Part shown: positions 26,210 through 36,148 of the stretch, one piece after another | Layout: the number at the start of each line of letters is the position of its first letter | How positions within the stretch are numbered: position 1 is the first letter of the stretch | From: an uncultured Pseudomonadota bacterium | GTDB taxonomy: Bacteria > Oederibacteriota > Muellerivitia > Muellerivitales > Muellerivitaceae | Assembly (NCBI GenBank): GCA_963836235.1 | Contig: CAWIIP010000002.1 | Coordinates: forward strand, 32,001 to 96,000 | DNA: 64,000 bases | Reading direction: 5' to 3' | Notes under the pieces: model-generated | Databases searched by the model: none | Seen by the model: only the letters and a program-made list of their open reading frames with translations | Told to the model about the DNA's origin: nothing | Program-made: the position numbers and the translations under genes

Positions 26210-27532
26210 TTATTCTCCCCGGTCCATGCGGATAAGGAGGGTCTCTTCCTGGATGAAGGGTAGACCGTTGATCTTCTTCAGTGCGTCTTGCACGTTTTTC
26301 TCAACCGCCTCGTAAGTAACGATGACGACCGGTACTTTATCGCCCTTCTTTTGTTCTTTTTGGATGACGGAAGCGATGGAAATTTGGTGCTCGCCCAGGA
26401 TACGGGAAATCGCCGACAGCACGCCCGCCTGGTCCAAGACGGAAAACTTCAGATAATAACGGGACTTGATATCACCCATTTTCTTGATGCGCTTGATTTG
26501 GGGGTTGTCCGATAGGAACCAGCAATTGGAAATCTCGCCCGCCACGTTGTCATGGACGCTCCGGCAGACGTAAATCAGGTCGCTCATCACCGCCGAGGCC
26601 GTGGGTTTGTTTCCCGCGCCCAGGCCGTAATACATAGTGGACCCCACGAAATCGCCCGTGACGAGGACGCCGTTATACTCGCCGTCGACCTTGGCTAAAA
26701 GATGGTCTTCCGGGATCAGGGTTGGGTTGACCCGGACTTCCAATTCATCTCCATCCACTTCAGCGATGGCGAAAAGTTTTACCACCCGTCCGAACTCCTC
26801 CTTGGCAAACTCAATATCCTGAAGAGTGATCCGTTCGATGCCTTCGACGTAAATGTCCTCCACTTTGACCCTTTTGGAAAAAGCCAAGGAAGCCAAGATC
26901 GCCAGCTTGTGGGCCGCGTCCATGCCGTTGATGTCCAGCGTCGGATCGGCCTCGGCCAAACCCTTCTTTTGGGCCATCTGCAGGGCCTCTTTAAAAGATT
27001 TCTTTTCCTCGGTCATTTTCTGGAGGATGAAGTTAGTGGTTCCGTTCACGATACCGTAAATAGAAGTGATGTTGTTCGGCGCCAATCCATCGTTGATGGC
27101 CTGGATGACGGGGATACCCCCGCAAACCGCCGCCTCAAAGTAAATATCCACTTTATGTTGGCGGGCGGTCTGGATGATCTCATCCCAATGCACGGACAGG
27201 ACCGCCTTGTTCGCGGTTACGATATGCTTGCCCCTGCCCATGGCCTCCAAAAGATAGGACCGTGCGGGTTCATAGCCCCCCATCAGTTCCAGAACCACGT
27301 CGATTTCGGGGTCGTTCAGGATGTCTTCGTAATTGGTCGTCAGCATGCCCTCGGGCACGGTAACTTCCCGCTGCTTCGTCAGGTCCTTGACCATCATCCT
27401 TTTGATGCGGATTTGAGCCCCGATTTTGGCCTCAATGAGTGTTCGGTTTTTCTCCAGCAGGCGGTAAACCCCCTGCCCGACGTTGCCGAAACCGATCATG
27501 CCGATTTGAATGATAGATTTTCCGTCCGCCAT
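26210..27532 (-). CDS. hom: homoserine dehydrogenase with C-terminal ACT domain
   Basis: GFGNVG, VTANKA, EAAVCGGIP, NGTTNFIL, AEADP; start placed at MADGK. Confidence 0.96.
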   Translation of the reverse strand: MADGKSIIQIGMIGFGNVGQGVYRLLEKNRTLIEAKIGAQIRIKRMMVKDLTKQREVTVPEGMLTTNYEDILNDPEIDVVLELMGGYEPARSYLLEAMGRGKHIVTANKAVLSVHWDEIIQTARQHKVDIYFEAAVCGGIPVIQAINDGLAPNNITSIYGIVNGTTNFILQKMTEEKKSFKEALQMAQKKGLAEADPTLDINGMDAAHKLAILASLAFSKRVKVEDIYVEGIERITLQDIEFAKEEFGRVVKLFAIAEVDGDELEVRVNPTLIPEDHLLAKVDGEYNGVLVTGDFVGSTMYYGLGAGNKPTASAVMSDLIYVCRSVHDNVAGEISNCWFLSDNPQIKRIKKMGDIKSRYYLKFSVLDQAGVLSAISRILGEHQISIASVIQKEQKKGDKVPVVIVTYEAVEKNVQDALKKINGLPFIQEETLLIRMDRGE

Positions 27533-27738
27533 AAACTCTCTCTCCATGCTTTTATAAAAAACTTCATCCCCTACGCAAAGGCTTCGGGGATTAGGCAACC
27601 TCTTCACAAAAATATGGACTGTTGCCTAAATAGCAAAACGCCCCGTGCTTGCGAAAAGCCGGGGCGTTTGTTGAAAAAGGAGCCTTAGATTATAAGAAAA
27701 CAGGGGTCAATTCAAGGAAAAGCCCGGTAAAGAGGCCT

Positions 27739-28902
27739 TTAAACCGCCTCTTTGATTCGCTTCAACCCTTCCAGGATGACCTTCTCGCTTGTGGCGTAGG
27801 ACATCCGCATGTAACCCTCTGCGCCAAAGGCGATGCCGGGGGTCAGGGCCACCTTAGCCTTGTCCAACAAATACTCGGAAAGCTCCAGGGAATTGGAACG
27901 GCCCGCCTTGAAGAGCCCCTTCATATTTGGAAACACGTAAAAAGCTCCCGCCGGTTTCAGGCACTTCACGCCCAGGATAGCGTTCAGGCCTTCCACGATC
28001 ATGTCCCGCCTTTTGCGGAAAACCTCGACCATTTTTTGAATCTCCGAATCAGGCATGGCCAAGGCCGCAACTCCGGCCTTTTGGACAATGGCGGTGGCAT
28101 TGGAGGTCGATTGGCCTTGTAGATCAGCGATAGCTTTCATCACATTGGCGGGCCCCGCTGCGTAACCCAGGCGCCAACCCGTCATGGCATAGGCCTTGGA
28201 CATGCCATTGACCAAGAGCGTTTGAGCCGCAACTTCTTTAGACAAAGACGGGAAGCAAACATGCTCTTCCCCATAAACCAACTTGGCATAGATTTCATCC
28301 GAAACAACTATGAATTTATGCTTCAAGGCCAACTCGGCGATACCTTCCATGGCCTTACGGCCCACTACTGCGCCGGTAGGATTACTCGGAGAATTAAGGA
28401 TAAGGGCTTTGGTCTTGGGGGTGATCTTGGCTTTGAGAGCTTCCGGCGTCAGTTTGAACTCTTCGACTTCGGAACATTCCACGAAAATGGGGACTCCACC
28501 CGCGAGTTTGATTTGTTCGGGATAGCTGACCCAATAAGGCGATGGAATAAGAACCTCGTCGCCCGGATTGATGATCGCCATGAAAATGTTATAGAGGGAA
28601 TGCTTGGCCCCACAGGAAACCACGATTTCACCGGGCTCGTATTTGACCTTATATTCCCGATCCAGATATTGGCCGATGGCCTTGCGCAGTTCCAACGTGC
28701 CCGGTACAGGAGTGTATTTATGATGGCCTTCGTCAATGGCTTTCTTGGCCGCGTCGCAAATGACTTGGGGTGTGTTGAAGTCCGGTTCCCCTGCCCCAAA
28801 GTTAAGGACGTCCACTCCTTCTTCCTTCAATTTTTTGGCCTTCGCGTCGATAGCCAGTGTCATCGACGGGGCGATTTGTTTCATGCGTTCCGAGATATCC
28901 AT
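27739..28902 (-). CDS. class I PLP aminotransferase (aspartate aminotransferase-like)
   Basis: GAGEPDF, NSPSNPTG, SDEIY, SKAYAMTGWRLG. Confidence 0.92.
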   Translation of the reverse strand: MDISERMKQIAPSMTLAIDAKAKKLKEEGVDVLNFGAGEPDFNTPQVICDAAKKAIDEGHHKYTPVPGTLELRKAIGQYLDREYKVKYEPGEIVVSCGAKHSLYNIFMAIINPGDEVLIPSPYWVSYPEQIKLAGGVPIFVECSEVEEFKLTPEALKAKITPKTKALILNSPSNPTGAVVGRKAMEGIAELALKHKFIVVSDEIYAKLVYGEEHVCFPSLSKEVAAQTLLVNGMSKAYAMTGWRLGYAAGPANVMKAIADLQGQSTSNATAIVQKAGVAALAMPDSEIQKMVEVFRKRRDMIVEGLNAILGVKCLKPAGAFYVFPNMKGLFKAGRSNSLELSEYLLDKAKVALTPGIAFGAEGYMRMSYATSEKVILEGLKRIKEAV

Positions 28903-28921
28903 TCTTTTCCTCGCTTAGATT

Positions 28922-30103
28922 TTAAGAAAACAACTTTTTCATGTTTCTCAAAGCCTGACGAATACGGTCCTTGTTCTCCACCAGGGCCATTCGAACGTAT
29001 CCTTCACCCAACTTACCAAAACCCGACCCGGGGGAGATGGCCACGGCGGCCTCTTTCAATAACATCATGGAGAAATCAAGGGAACTCATTTTGGCGTAGC
29101 GTTGGGGTATCTTGGCCCAAAGGTACATGGCGGCCCTGGGTTTTTCAACGGGCCATCCTATCTTGTTCATTCCATCGGCCATGATGTCGCGTCGTTCCTG
29201 ATAAACCGCCGCTAATTTTCTCAAGTTTTCTTCCGGGCTGTCCAAGGCCGTAATCGCCGCCACTTGGATAGGCGTGAAGATGCCATAATCCATATAGCTC
29301 TTAATTTTCGCTAACGAGGCGATGACTTTCGGATTTCCCGCGATAAACCCCACCCGCCATCCCGCCATGTTATAAGACTTGGAAAGGGTAAAGGCTTCTA
29401 CGCCAATATCCTTGGCCCCAGGCGTGGCCAGGAAACTTGGGGATTTGTAACCATCAAACACGATGTCGGCGTAGGCCAGGTCATGCACCACCAGTACCTG
29501 GTTTTTCTTCGCCCACTTGACTATTTCCTTAAAGAACTCGGCCTCGACGCTCACCGTGGTGGGATTATGGGGAAAATTGATGATGAGTAGCTTGGGCTTG
29601 GGCCGGGATTTGGAATAGGCTTTAGCCAAGTTCTTCAAGAATTTTTCTGGGCCCTCCAGAATAGAGATGGGCACCAAATCACCCCCCGCAATAATGACAC
29701 TATAGTGGTGGATAGGGTAGGTAGGGGTAGGGGTTAAAACCTTATCACCCCGATTGATGACGGCTAAACCTAAATGGGCCAAACCTTCCTTGGAACCGAT
29801 GACCGAAACGGCCTCAGTATAGGGATTAATGGAAACCCCATATTTACGGTCATACCACCGGGAAACTGCCTTTAAAAAAGCCGGTATTCCTTTGGAAGTC
29901 GAATAGCGGTGGGATTTCTTGTCTCGCACCACCTCGATCAATTTGTCCACGACCGGTTGAGGTGTGGGATTGTCCGGATTCCCCATTCCGAAATCAATGA
30001 CGTCCTCTCCCTTGTGGCGTGCCGCCAGCTTTTCGGCGTTCAGCCGGGCAAAAAGATAGGGAGGAAATTTTTTAATGAGATTGGCTTCGGTTTGTAGGGG
30101 CAT
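28922..30103 (-). CDS. class I PLP aminotransferase (AlaC / LL-DAP aminotransferase-like)
   Basis: FGMGNPD, GSKEGLAH, NFPHNPT, HDLAY, SKSYNMAGWRVG. Confidence 0.88.
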   Translation of the reverse strand: MPLQTEANLIKKFPPYLFARLNAEKLAARHKGEDVIDFGMGNPDNPTPQPVVDKLIEVVRDKKSHRYSTSKGIPAFLKAVSRWYDRKYGVSINPYTEAVSVIGSKEGLAHLGLAVINRGDKVLTPTPTYPIHHYSVIIAGGDLVPISILEGPEKFLKNLAKAYSKSRPKPKLLIINFPHNPTTVSVEAEFFKEIVKWAKKNQVLVVHDLAYADIVFDGYKSPSFLATPGAKDIGVEAFTLSKSYNMAGWRVGFIAGNPKVIASLAKIKSYMDYGIFTPIQVAAITALDSPEENLRKLAAVYQERRDIMADGMNKIGWPVEKPRAAMYLWAKIPQRYAKMSSLDFSMMLLKEAAVAISPGSGFGKLGEGYVRMALVENKDRIRQALRNMKKLFS

Positions 30104-30118
30104 TTTTAGGCCTTCAAT

Positions 30119-31036
30119 CTAGATTTTCACTTTCGGAATACTAGCGAACCGATGGTATTCCATCGATCGCTTCCTCAACTTGGACTTGTTCAAACCGGCA
30201 ATGGTTTTTGTCCCGAATCCCTGGACCGTAAAAGAAGCCACTAAATTACCGGCAATGACGGCTTGCTTCAGGATGTCCGGGGTCAGTTTACCCGACCTCG
30301 CGACGTAACCGATGAAAGCCCCGGCAAAAGTATCCCCCGCGCCCGTCGGGTCCACCACATAATCCAGGGGCACCGCTGGCGAAAGGAAGGTCCAATCCTG
30401 CCCAAAAAGCATGGCGCCATGTTCTCCTTTTTTCACGATGACCGTCTTGGGTCCCATCTTTTGCAGGGCCCGAGCGCCTTTCATCAAGTGCATTTCACCG
30501 GTCAGCAAACGAATTTCCTGGTCATTGACGACGACCAAGTCCGTTTTCCTTAAAACTTTCAGCAGGGCTGGTTTGGTGATATTGATCCAGAGGTCGCGCG
30601 TATCCAACACCACAAACTTCGGCTTAATCATTTGTTGCAATACCTTCATCTGCAAATCTGGATGAATCGCGGCCAGAAATACGAACGGGATATTGCGGGC
30701 TTGGCCCGTTATATGCGGGTCAAACCGTTCGAAGACGCCCAAGTCAATCTTCACCGTATGGGCCACTGCCATATCATTCTCGTAATAACCCTTCCAATAA
30801 AAGGTTTTTCCCTTTTCCCGGGTGACGAGATCGGTATTAACCCCGTGGCGTTTCAACATTGTCAACTCAGAATCCTTAAAGTCATCTCCTACCACGCCCA
30901 CCATCTTCACAGGGGCGAAAAGCGAGGCCGCGAGGCTGGAGTAGGTGGCTGCCCCACCCAGAACCCTTTCAGCTGAACCATAGGGAGTCTTGAGGCCGTC
31001 ATAAGCGACAGAACCAACAATAAGGACTTCGGACAT
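30119..31036 (-). CDS. PfkB family carbohydrate/nucleoside kinase
   Basis: VGSVAYD, LGGAATY, KKGEHGA, DPTGAGDTFAG. Confidence 0.92.
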   Translation of the reverse strand: MSEVLIVGSVAYDGLKTPYGSAERVLGGAATYSSLAASLFAPVKMVGVVGDDFKDSELTMLKRHGVNTDLVTREKGKTFYWKGYYENDMAVAHTVKIDLGVFERFDPHITGQARNIPFVFLAAIHPDLQMKVLQQMIKPKFVVLDTRDLWINITKPALLKVLRKTDLVVVNDQEIRLLTGEMHLMKGARALQKMGPKTVIVKKGEHGAMLFGQDWTFLSPAVPLDYVVDPTGAGDTFAGAFIGYVARSGKLTPDILKQAVIAGNLVASFTVQGFGTKTIAGLNKSKLRKRSMEYHRFASIPKVKI

Positions 31037-31070
31037 TTCTTTACTCCTGAAAATTAAATGAACAGGATTT

Positions 31071-31505
31071 TCAGCTCGGATCAAACAAAACGTATTTTCT
31101 CGTCGAACAATAGACAAAAAACACCAACACCGCTAGAAGAGTGTCGCCCGTCAGTTTTAAAACCATGGGGTTATCTTCATGCTTATTGCACTTCACTTTT
31201 AAACCGTGGGCCGTTTCCCCAACGAAGTAATAATGTTTCTCATGATCGTAGGTAAGGGGTTGGAGGAAGCCCGCCTGAACCAAAGCGTTCTCATCAATGT
31301 CTTCGGTGACAGGCTTATCCAGATGGGCTTGATTCCACTGGTTGACAGCCTTTTGGAGGGTGATGACGCGGGAATAGCAATCCAATTCGTCCCGGGGAAT
31401 CAAAAGCTGCCGGAGAGCGTAAACGGCCACAAAGGTAAATAGCCATGATATGCCGAATATGATAAGCCCGGTCTTCCATGTCAATTTTTTGGTCGTGGAT
31501 TCCAT
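31071..31505 (-). CDS. two-TM membrane protein with Cys-bracketed extracytoplasmic domain
   Basis: GGGGAG RBS before MESTTKK; TM, C...C domain, TM. Confidence 0.7.
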   Translation of the reverse strand: MESTTKKLTWKTGLIIFGISWLFTFVAVYALRQLLIPRDELDCYSRVITLQKAVNQWNQAHLDKPVTEDIDENALVQAGFLQPLTYDHEKHYYFVGETAHGLKVKCNKHEDNPMVLKLTGDTLLAVLVFFVYCSTRKYVLFDPS

Positions 31506-31605
31506 CAAAGCTCCCCGAAAATTTGGACGAGTATAGCAAAAGAGGGCCTTTTTTATTGAAAAATTAGGAAAAAGCCATTGTGTTAGCTGAGGCTTGTTGA
31601 ACCTT

Positions 31606-32724
31606 TCATCCTCTCCCACTCACCAACACTGGCCTTCGAGTAGCGTAGGAAACATTCAAAAGCATTCCCACCGCCGCATAACTGAATACTAGGGAAGATC
31701 CCCCGTAACTGATGAAAGGAAGGGTGAGGCCGGTCACGGGCAAAAGCCCCACAGTCATGCCCACGTTGATAACGATCTGCACGGCGAACATGCTGGCGAT
31801 CCCCAGTGCCAAAAGGGATCCTTCACGGTCCCTGGCTTTGCGGGCGATCTCAAACGATTTCTGAATCAACAGGTAATAAAGGCCCAAAACTATCGCGCAT
31901 CCTACGAAACCCCATTCCTCACCCACCACCGAAAAGATAAAGTCCGTATGATGCTCTGGGATAAAAGAAAGCTGGGTCTGGGTGCCCTGCATATAACCCT
32001 TCCCGGAAATGCCCCCGGAACCGATGGCGATAACCGATTGAATAATGTTATATCCAGCGCCCAGAGGGTCATCCTGAGGATTGACGAAAACCGCCAGTCT
32101 CTCCCTTTGATAGTCTTTTAGGAAATGCCAAACTAGAGGGCTGGATGACGCGCCGATGATGAACATCCACATCAGCCATTTAAATTGGATGCCGCCTACA
32201 TACATCAAAACCAGGGAAACCGGCACGAGTAAAAGAGCCGACCCCAAGTCCGGCTGTTTCAGGATGAGAATCAAGGGAATGCCCAGCATCGCCAAAAGAA
32301 AAAAAAGTTTGCCAATGTAAAACAATTCCACGGTTTTACTTCCGATATAACGCGCCAAAACCAAAAGAATCGAGAGTTTGGCCAGTTCGGAGGGCTGGTA
32401 AGAAAGAATGCCCAGCTTGATCCATCGTTTTGCTCCGTTAGTCTCGTCGCCAATCACAAACACCGCCAATAGTGAAAAAATGGCGATCCAATAAAATATA
32501 TAAGAAGCTTCGATCCAAAACCGATAATCCACCTTCGAGAAAACCCACATCCCAAACATAGAGATGAAGAACCAGAACAATTGTTTCTTCCACAATTGGG
32601 AGATATCAGCATTGTGAAAAGTGGCGGAAAAAACGATCAAAAAACCAATAACCGATAGAGCGAACACTTCGGTAATGAGTACCCAATCCATGGACTTGAA
32701 ATAGGTTTTAATGGCAGCTTTCAT
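31606..32724 (-). CDS. rodA: rod shape-determining protein RodA
   Basis: GAKRWI, QPSELAK, QPDLGS, PEHHTDFIF, LPFISYGGSS. Confidence 0.95.
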   Translation of the reverse strand: MKAAIKTYFKSMDWVLITEVFALSVIGFLIVFSATFHNADISQLWKKQLFWFFISMFGMWVFSKVDYRFWIEASYIFYWIAIFSLLAVFVIGDETNGAKRWIKLGILSYQPSELAKLSILLVLARYIGSKTVELFYIGKLFFLLAMLGIPLILILKQPDLGSALLLVPVSLVLMYVGGIQFKWLMWMFIIGASSSPLVWHFLKDYQRERLAVFVNPQDDPLGAGYNIIQSVIAIGSGGISGKGYMQGTQTQLSFIPEHHTDFIFSVVGEEWGFVGCAIVLGLYYLLIQKSFEIARKARDREGSLLALGIASMFAVQIVINVGMTVGLLPVTGLTLPFISYGGSSLVFSYAAVGMLLNVSYATRRPVLVSGRG

Positions 32725-32760
32725 GCAAAGCTCCTCGAAAAAGCAGCAATAAAAACCTCA

Positions 32761-34626
32761 TCATGGCCCCACCCCCGTGACTGTCGTCGGCGTGGGAAGC
32801 GGCGTGCTGGAAGCTTCTACGGGTGTCGGCGTTTGCCAGGGTGTTACTTCCTGACCCAGTTCCAATTCCATCAACCGCTTGGCAATGGGGGCTGAGACCA
32901 CGCCCCCTTCTCCGCCGTTTTCCACCAGTACAATAACCGCCACAGTCGGGTCTTCCGCCGGGGCATAGGCGGTGAACCATGCGTGGTTGTCCCCATGTGG
33001 ATTTTCTGAGGTTCCGGTTTTTCCTGCCACCCGGACCCCCGCAATCCGAGCTTTTTTCCCAGTTCCATTAGGAGAACTGATCACCTTTTCCATAGTGGCC
33101 TTGATGAAGTCCAAATGTGCCGTGGTGATATCGGCTTCATTGGAAAGCTCCGGCTGCTTCTCAAAGAGGGCCCTTCCGGTGGTCCTGTCCACCACCCGGT
33201 ACATCAGATGGGGACGGTAAAACTTGCCGTCCATGGCAATGGTGGAGGTAACGTCCAACATTTGCAGTGGCGTGGTCAAAAGATAGCCTTGTCCGATACT
33301 CATGTGAATCGTATCGCCCGGGAACCAGGGCATATGTTGGGTGCTTTCCTTCCAACGAGAATTAGGTACCAGCCCCGGCACTTCCGAATCCAAGTCGATT
33401 TTCGTCTTGCTTCCCAATCCCAGCTCACGAGCCATATGGTAAATCTTGTCAATTTTAACCAGGAGACCTAATTGATAAAAATAAATATCGCAGGACTCGA
33501 TGATGGCCCGCTCCAAATTGACCCAACCATGCCCCGAGATTCGCCAACAGCGGTAAGGCCACACCGTATACCAATAGATGCCCCGGCATAGGAAAACCTT
33601 GTTCAGGTCAATAACGTTGCCCTCAAGAGCGGCGAGGGCGGTCACCAATTTAAAAATGGAACCCGGCGGATATTGGCCCTGAATGGCGCGGTTTTCCAAG
33701 GGATGGTTTTTGTCCTTAAGTAATTCGTTCCATTCTTTATAGGAAATACCGCTGACAAAGGAATTGGGATCAAAATTTGGCCGGCTGACCAGCGCCAAAA
33801 TCTCTCCTGTTTGTGGATTGGTAACAATAATGGAACCGATTTGGTCTCCCAGTAGATCCTCAGCTAGTTTTTGAAGTTTCCAGTCCAGTGTTAGTTTCAG
33901 GGTCTGGCCCTGAATCGGATCACGGTAAGCCAGGGTCCGGCGTTGGGTTCCCGAGGCGTCCACCTCTACCTCCACGCCACCATTTCGGCCCCGGAGGATT
34001 TGGTCATAGGTACGCTCGACCCCTTTTTTCCCAACTTGGTCGCCCTCCGTATAGCCGCTGTCCCTCAAACGGGCGAGGTCATCCTCACTGATTTCACCGA
34101 TATATCCCAGAACATGAGAAGCCAAGTCTCCATGGGGATAGTAACGTTCCGGTTCCATTTGGACATAAACCCCCGGCAAGTGAACCCGATTCTCTTCAAT
34201 TTTATCCACCAAATCCTCGTCCAAGTGGGATTGAAGGCGAATCGGCTCAAATCTTCGCCGCTGCCGGCGACTTTCCACAAGGTCTTCTAGGGAGGAAAGC
34301 GGTTCCTCTAGTATTTGGCTGAGTTTTAATAAAGCAGAACCGTAAGTTTTAATATCCGCTGGCACCAAAAATAAGGAGTATGTAGGAACATTAGTGGCCA
34401 AGACCTCATTATTGCGATCGGTAATAAGGCCCCGTGGAGCCCTTTGAGGTATCAAACGCAGGCTATTGGTGTCCGAAAGGCCACGGTAAAGGGGATAGTT
34501 CAGAATTTGCAGGTAAAAAAGTTTCAAAAAAATGCCAGCAAAGGCAAAGGTCACCATGCCGAGCAAAAAACCCATCTTCTTTTCGGAAGAGCCTCCGAAT
34601 TTTCCCCGCGGAAACTTCGTCGCCAC
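32761..34626 (-). CDS. mrdA: penicillin-binding protein 2
   Basis: PGSIFK (SxxK), SCD, KTGT; within the mre operon. Confidence 0.95.
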   Translation of the reverse strand: MATKFPRGKFGGSSEKKMGFLLGMVTFAFAGIFLKLFYLQILNYPLYRGLSDTNSLRLIPQRAPRGLITDRNNEVLATNVPTYSLFLVPADIKTYGSALLKLSQILEEPLSSLEDLVESRRQRRRFEPIRLQSHLDEDLVDKIEENRVHLPGVYVQMEPERYYPHGDLASHVLGYIGEISEDDLARLRDSGYTEGDQVGKKGVERTYDQILRGRNGGVEVEVDASGTQRRTLAYRDPIQGQTLKLTLDWKLQKLAEDLLGDQIGSIIVTNPQTGEILALVSRPNFDPNSFVSGISYKEWNELLKDKNHPLENRAIQGQYPPGSIFKLVTALAALEGNVIDLNKVFLCRGIYWYTVWPYRCWRISGHGWVNLERAIIESCDIYFYQLGLLVKIDKIYHMARELGLGSKTKIDLDSEVPGLVPNSRWKESTQHMPWFPGDTIHMSIGQGYLLTTPLQMLDVTSTIAMDGKFYRPHLMYRVVDRTTGRALFEKQPELSNEADITTAHLDFIKATMEKVISSPNGTGKKARIAGVRVAGKTGTSENPHGDNHAWFTAYAPAEDPTVAVIVLVENGGEGGVVSAPIAKRLMELELGQEVTPWQTPTPVEASSTPLPTPTTVTGVGP

Positions 34627-34722
34627 TTACCACTCCTTAAATACAACCAGTATTTCAAATGCTAGTTAACAAATTTTTAATGGTCGATTAAATTTTTCCC
34701 ATAACTTCAAACTTGGAGCCGC

Positions 34723-35205
34723 TTATGCCGTGGCGGGATCAAACCGTCTTCTTCGAAACCGCACCACAAAGAAACTAACCACCGCGCCCGCGAGAGTTGT
34801 AGCCAAGAGGGTTTTAACGCAAATCCAGAGAACGTCTTGTATTTCCGGAGCCGAACCATCCCATTTTAGCATCCACCAAATGACGGCTTCGTGAAAAAGG
34901 GTAGCTCCGAAAATCAGTAAGGTCTGGGTCAAAACCCTTTCCCGATAGATGTGCCGTTTAGAAACCGAGGAAAGCATTCCGGTTAACGTTTTAGCGATTG
35001 TGTTGGGACCGATCCAAGAGGTGGACAACATATCTTGAACCAACCCCAGGAGGAAACCCCAACCAGCGGCCTTCGGTACCGTGGTTCTCAAGCCCGTCAA
35101 CACGACGAACAGAAGAGGCAAATCAATACCCCAAGTGGAAATGGCTGGAAGCTGCTGGGCGAATAAAAGAGCCAGTATCAAAACAATCTGCCGTGAAATC
35201 CTCAC
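34723..35205 (-). CDS. mreD: rod shape-determining protein MreD
   Basis: Hydrophobic, GFLLGLVQD, located between mreC and mrdA. Confidence 0.88.
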   Translation of the reverse strand: MRISRQIVLILALLFAQQLPAISTWGIDLPLLFVVLTGLRTTVPKAAGWGFLLGLVQDMLSTSWIGPNTIAKTLTGMLSSVSKRHIYRERVLTQTLLIFGATLFHEAVIWWMLKWDGSAPEIQDVLWICVKTLLATTLAGAVVSFFVVRFRRRRFDPATA

Positions 35206-36032
35206 TGGAAGACGTCCACCGGCGGTAGGATGAAGACATAATCCAGCGCGGCCGCATCCACCACCGGCTGCAATTCAATTTCCATGTTGAGGCCGTTTTC
35301 CGATTCGTTTTTCTTTACAACCGTGCCGATGGAATAGCCCTTGGGGAAAATACCTCCCATACCCGAGGACACAATCACATCGTCTTTTTGGACGTCCTCA
35401 CCCGCGCTCACATAACCGAACTTCAATTGGTTGCGCCCCGTCCCCTGCACAATACCCGTCACCCGGGACCGATCATCAATTCCGGCGACGCTGGATTCTG
35501 AATCGGACAAGATCAACACCCTGGAATCGTGAGGCGCCACCTCCAAAACCCGGCCAACAATTCCCTGCTCCGAAATGACCGGCGAATCGACCAAGATTCC
35601 ATCTTCCGATCCGACGTCGACGACAAAACTACTATTCCATGTGCTGGGATCGTGGGCGATGATGCGGGCAATCTTGGCCTGCCGGGGAAGTTTGGCCTTG
35701 ATTTGAAGGACGTCTTTCAATCGGGCCAATTCCGACTCTGTGGATTTGTGGTTTGAGAGCTCCAAGCGCAGGGATTGGTTTTCCAGTTGGAGCCTGTCGA
35801 CTTCCTGCCGCAAGTTCTGCAGTTCACGAACAGCGTTGAGGGTGTTTTCGGGGAAAGTGATCAACCAAGTAACGGACCTTTGAATCGGCATCCAGAGATT
35901 TATCGAAATGTTTTTGAGGGGATTGACAGGGCCTTCTCGATGGGAATTACGGTGAACCAGTAGCCACACACAAATCGAAAGGATCGCTGTAAGAAAAAGG
36001 CCAGAAAGGTTTTTTATGAAAAATTTCAGCAT
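35202..36032 (-). CDS. mreC: rod shape-determining protein MreC
   Basis: TM plus coiled coil, GIVGRV, SSGMGGIFPKG. Confidence 0.93.
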   Translation of the reverse strand: MLKFFIKNLSGLFLTAILSICVWLLVHRNSHREGPVNPLKNISINLWMPIQRSVTWLITFPENTLNAVRELQNLRQEVDRLQLENQSLRLELSNHKSTESELARLKDVLQIKAKLPRQAKIARIIAHDPSTWNSSFVVDVGSEDGILVDSPVISEQGIVGRVLEVAPHDSRVLILSDSESSVAGIDDRSRVTGIVQGTGRNQLKFGYVSAGEDVQKDDVIVSSGMGGIFPKGYSIGTVVKKNESENGLNMEIELQPVVDAAALDYVFILPPVDVFQ

Positions 36033-36148
36033 GAGACCCCGGCAAGAGGCAATTTTGGATGATAAATTTTTAATTTTAAACTTTTGAAGATTTTCACCTT
36101 CGTGAAAAACAACCAAAATTCAAAATTAAGAATTTAAAATCGCTTTTC

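Noticed and set aside
25498-29184. Long plus-strand ORFs (245, 328 and 320 aa)
   Set aside because: They are antisense shadows of thrC, hom and the aminotransferases, with no motifs of their own.
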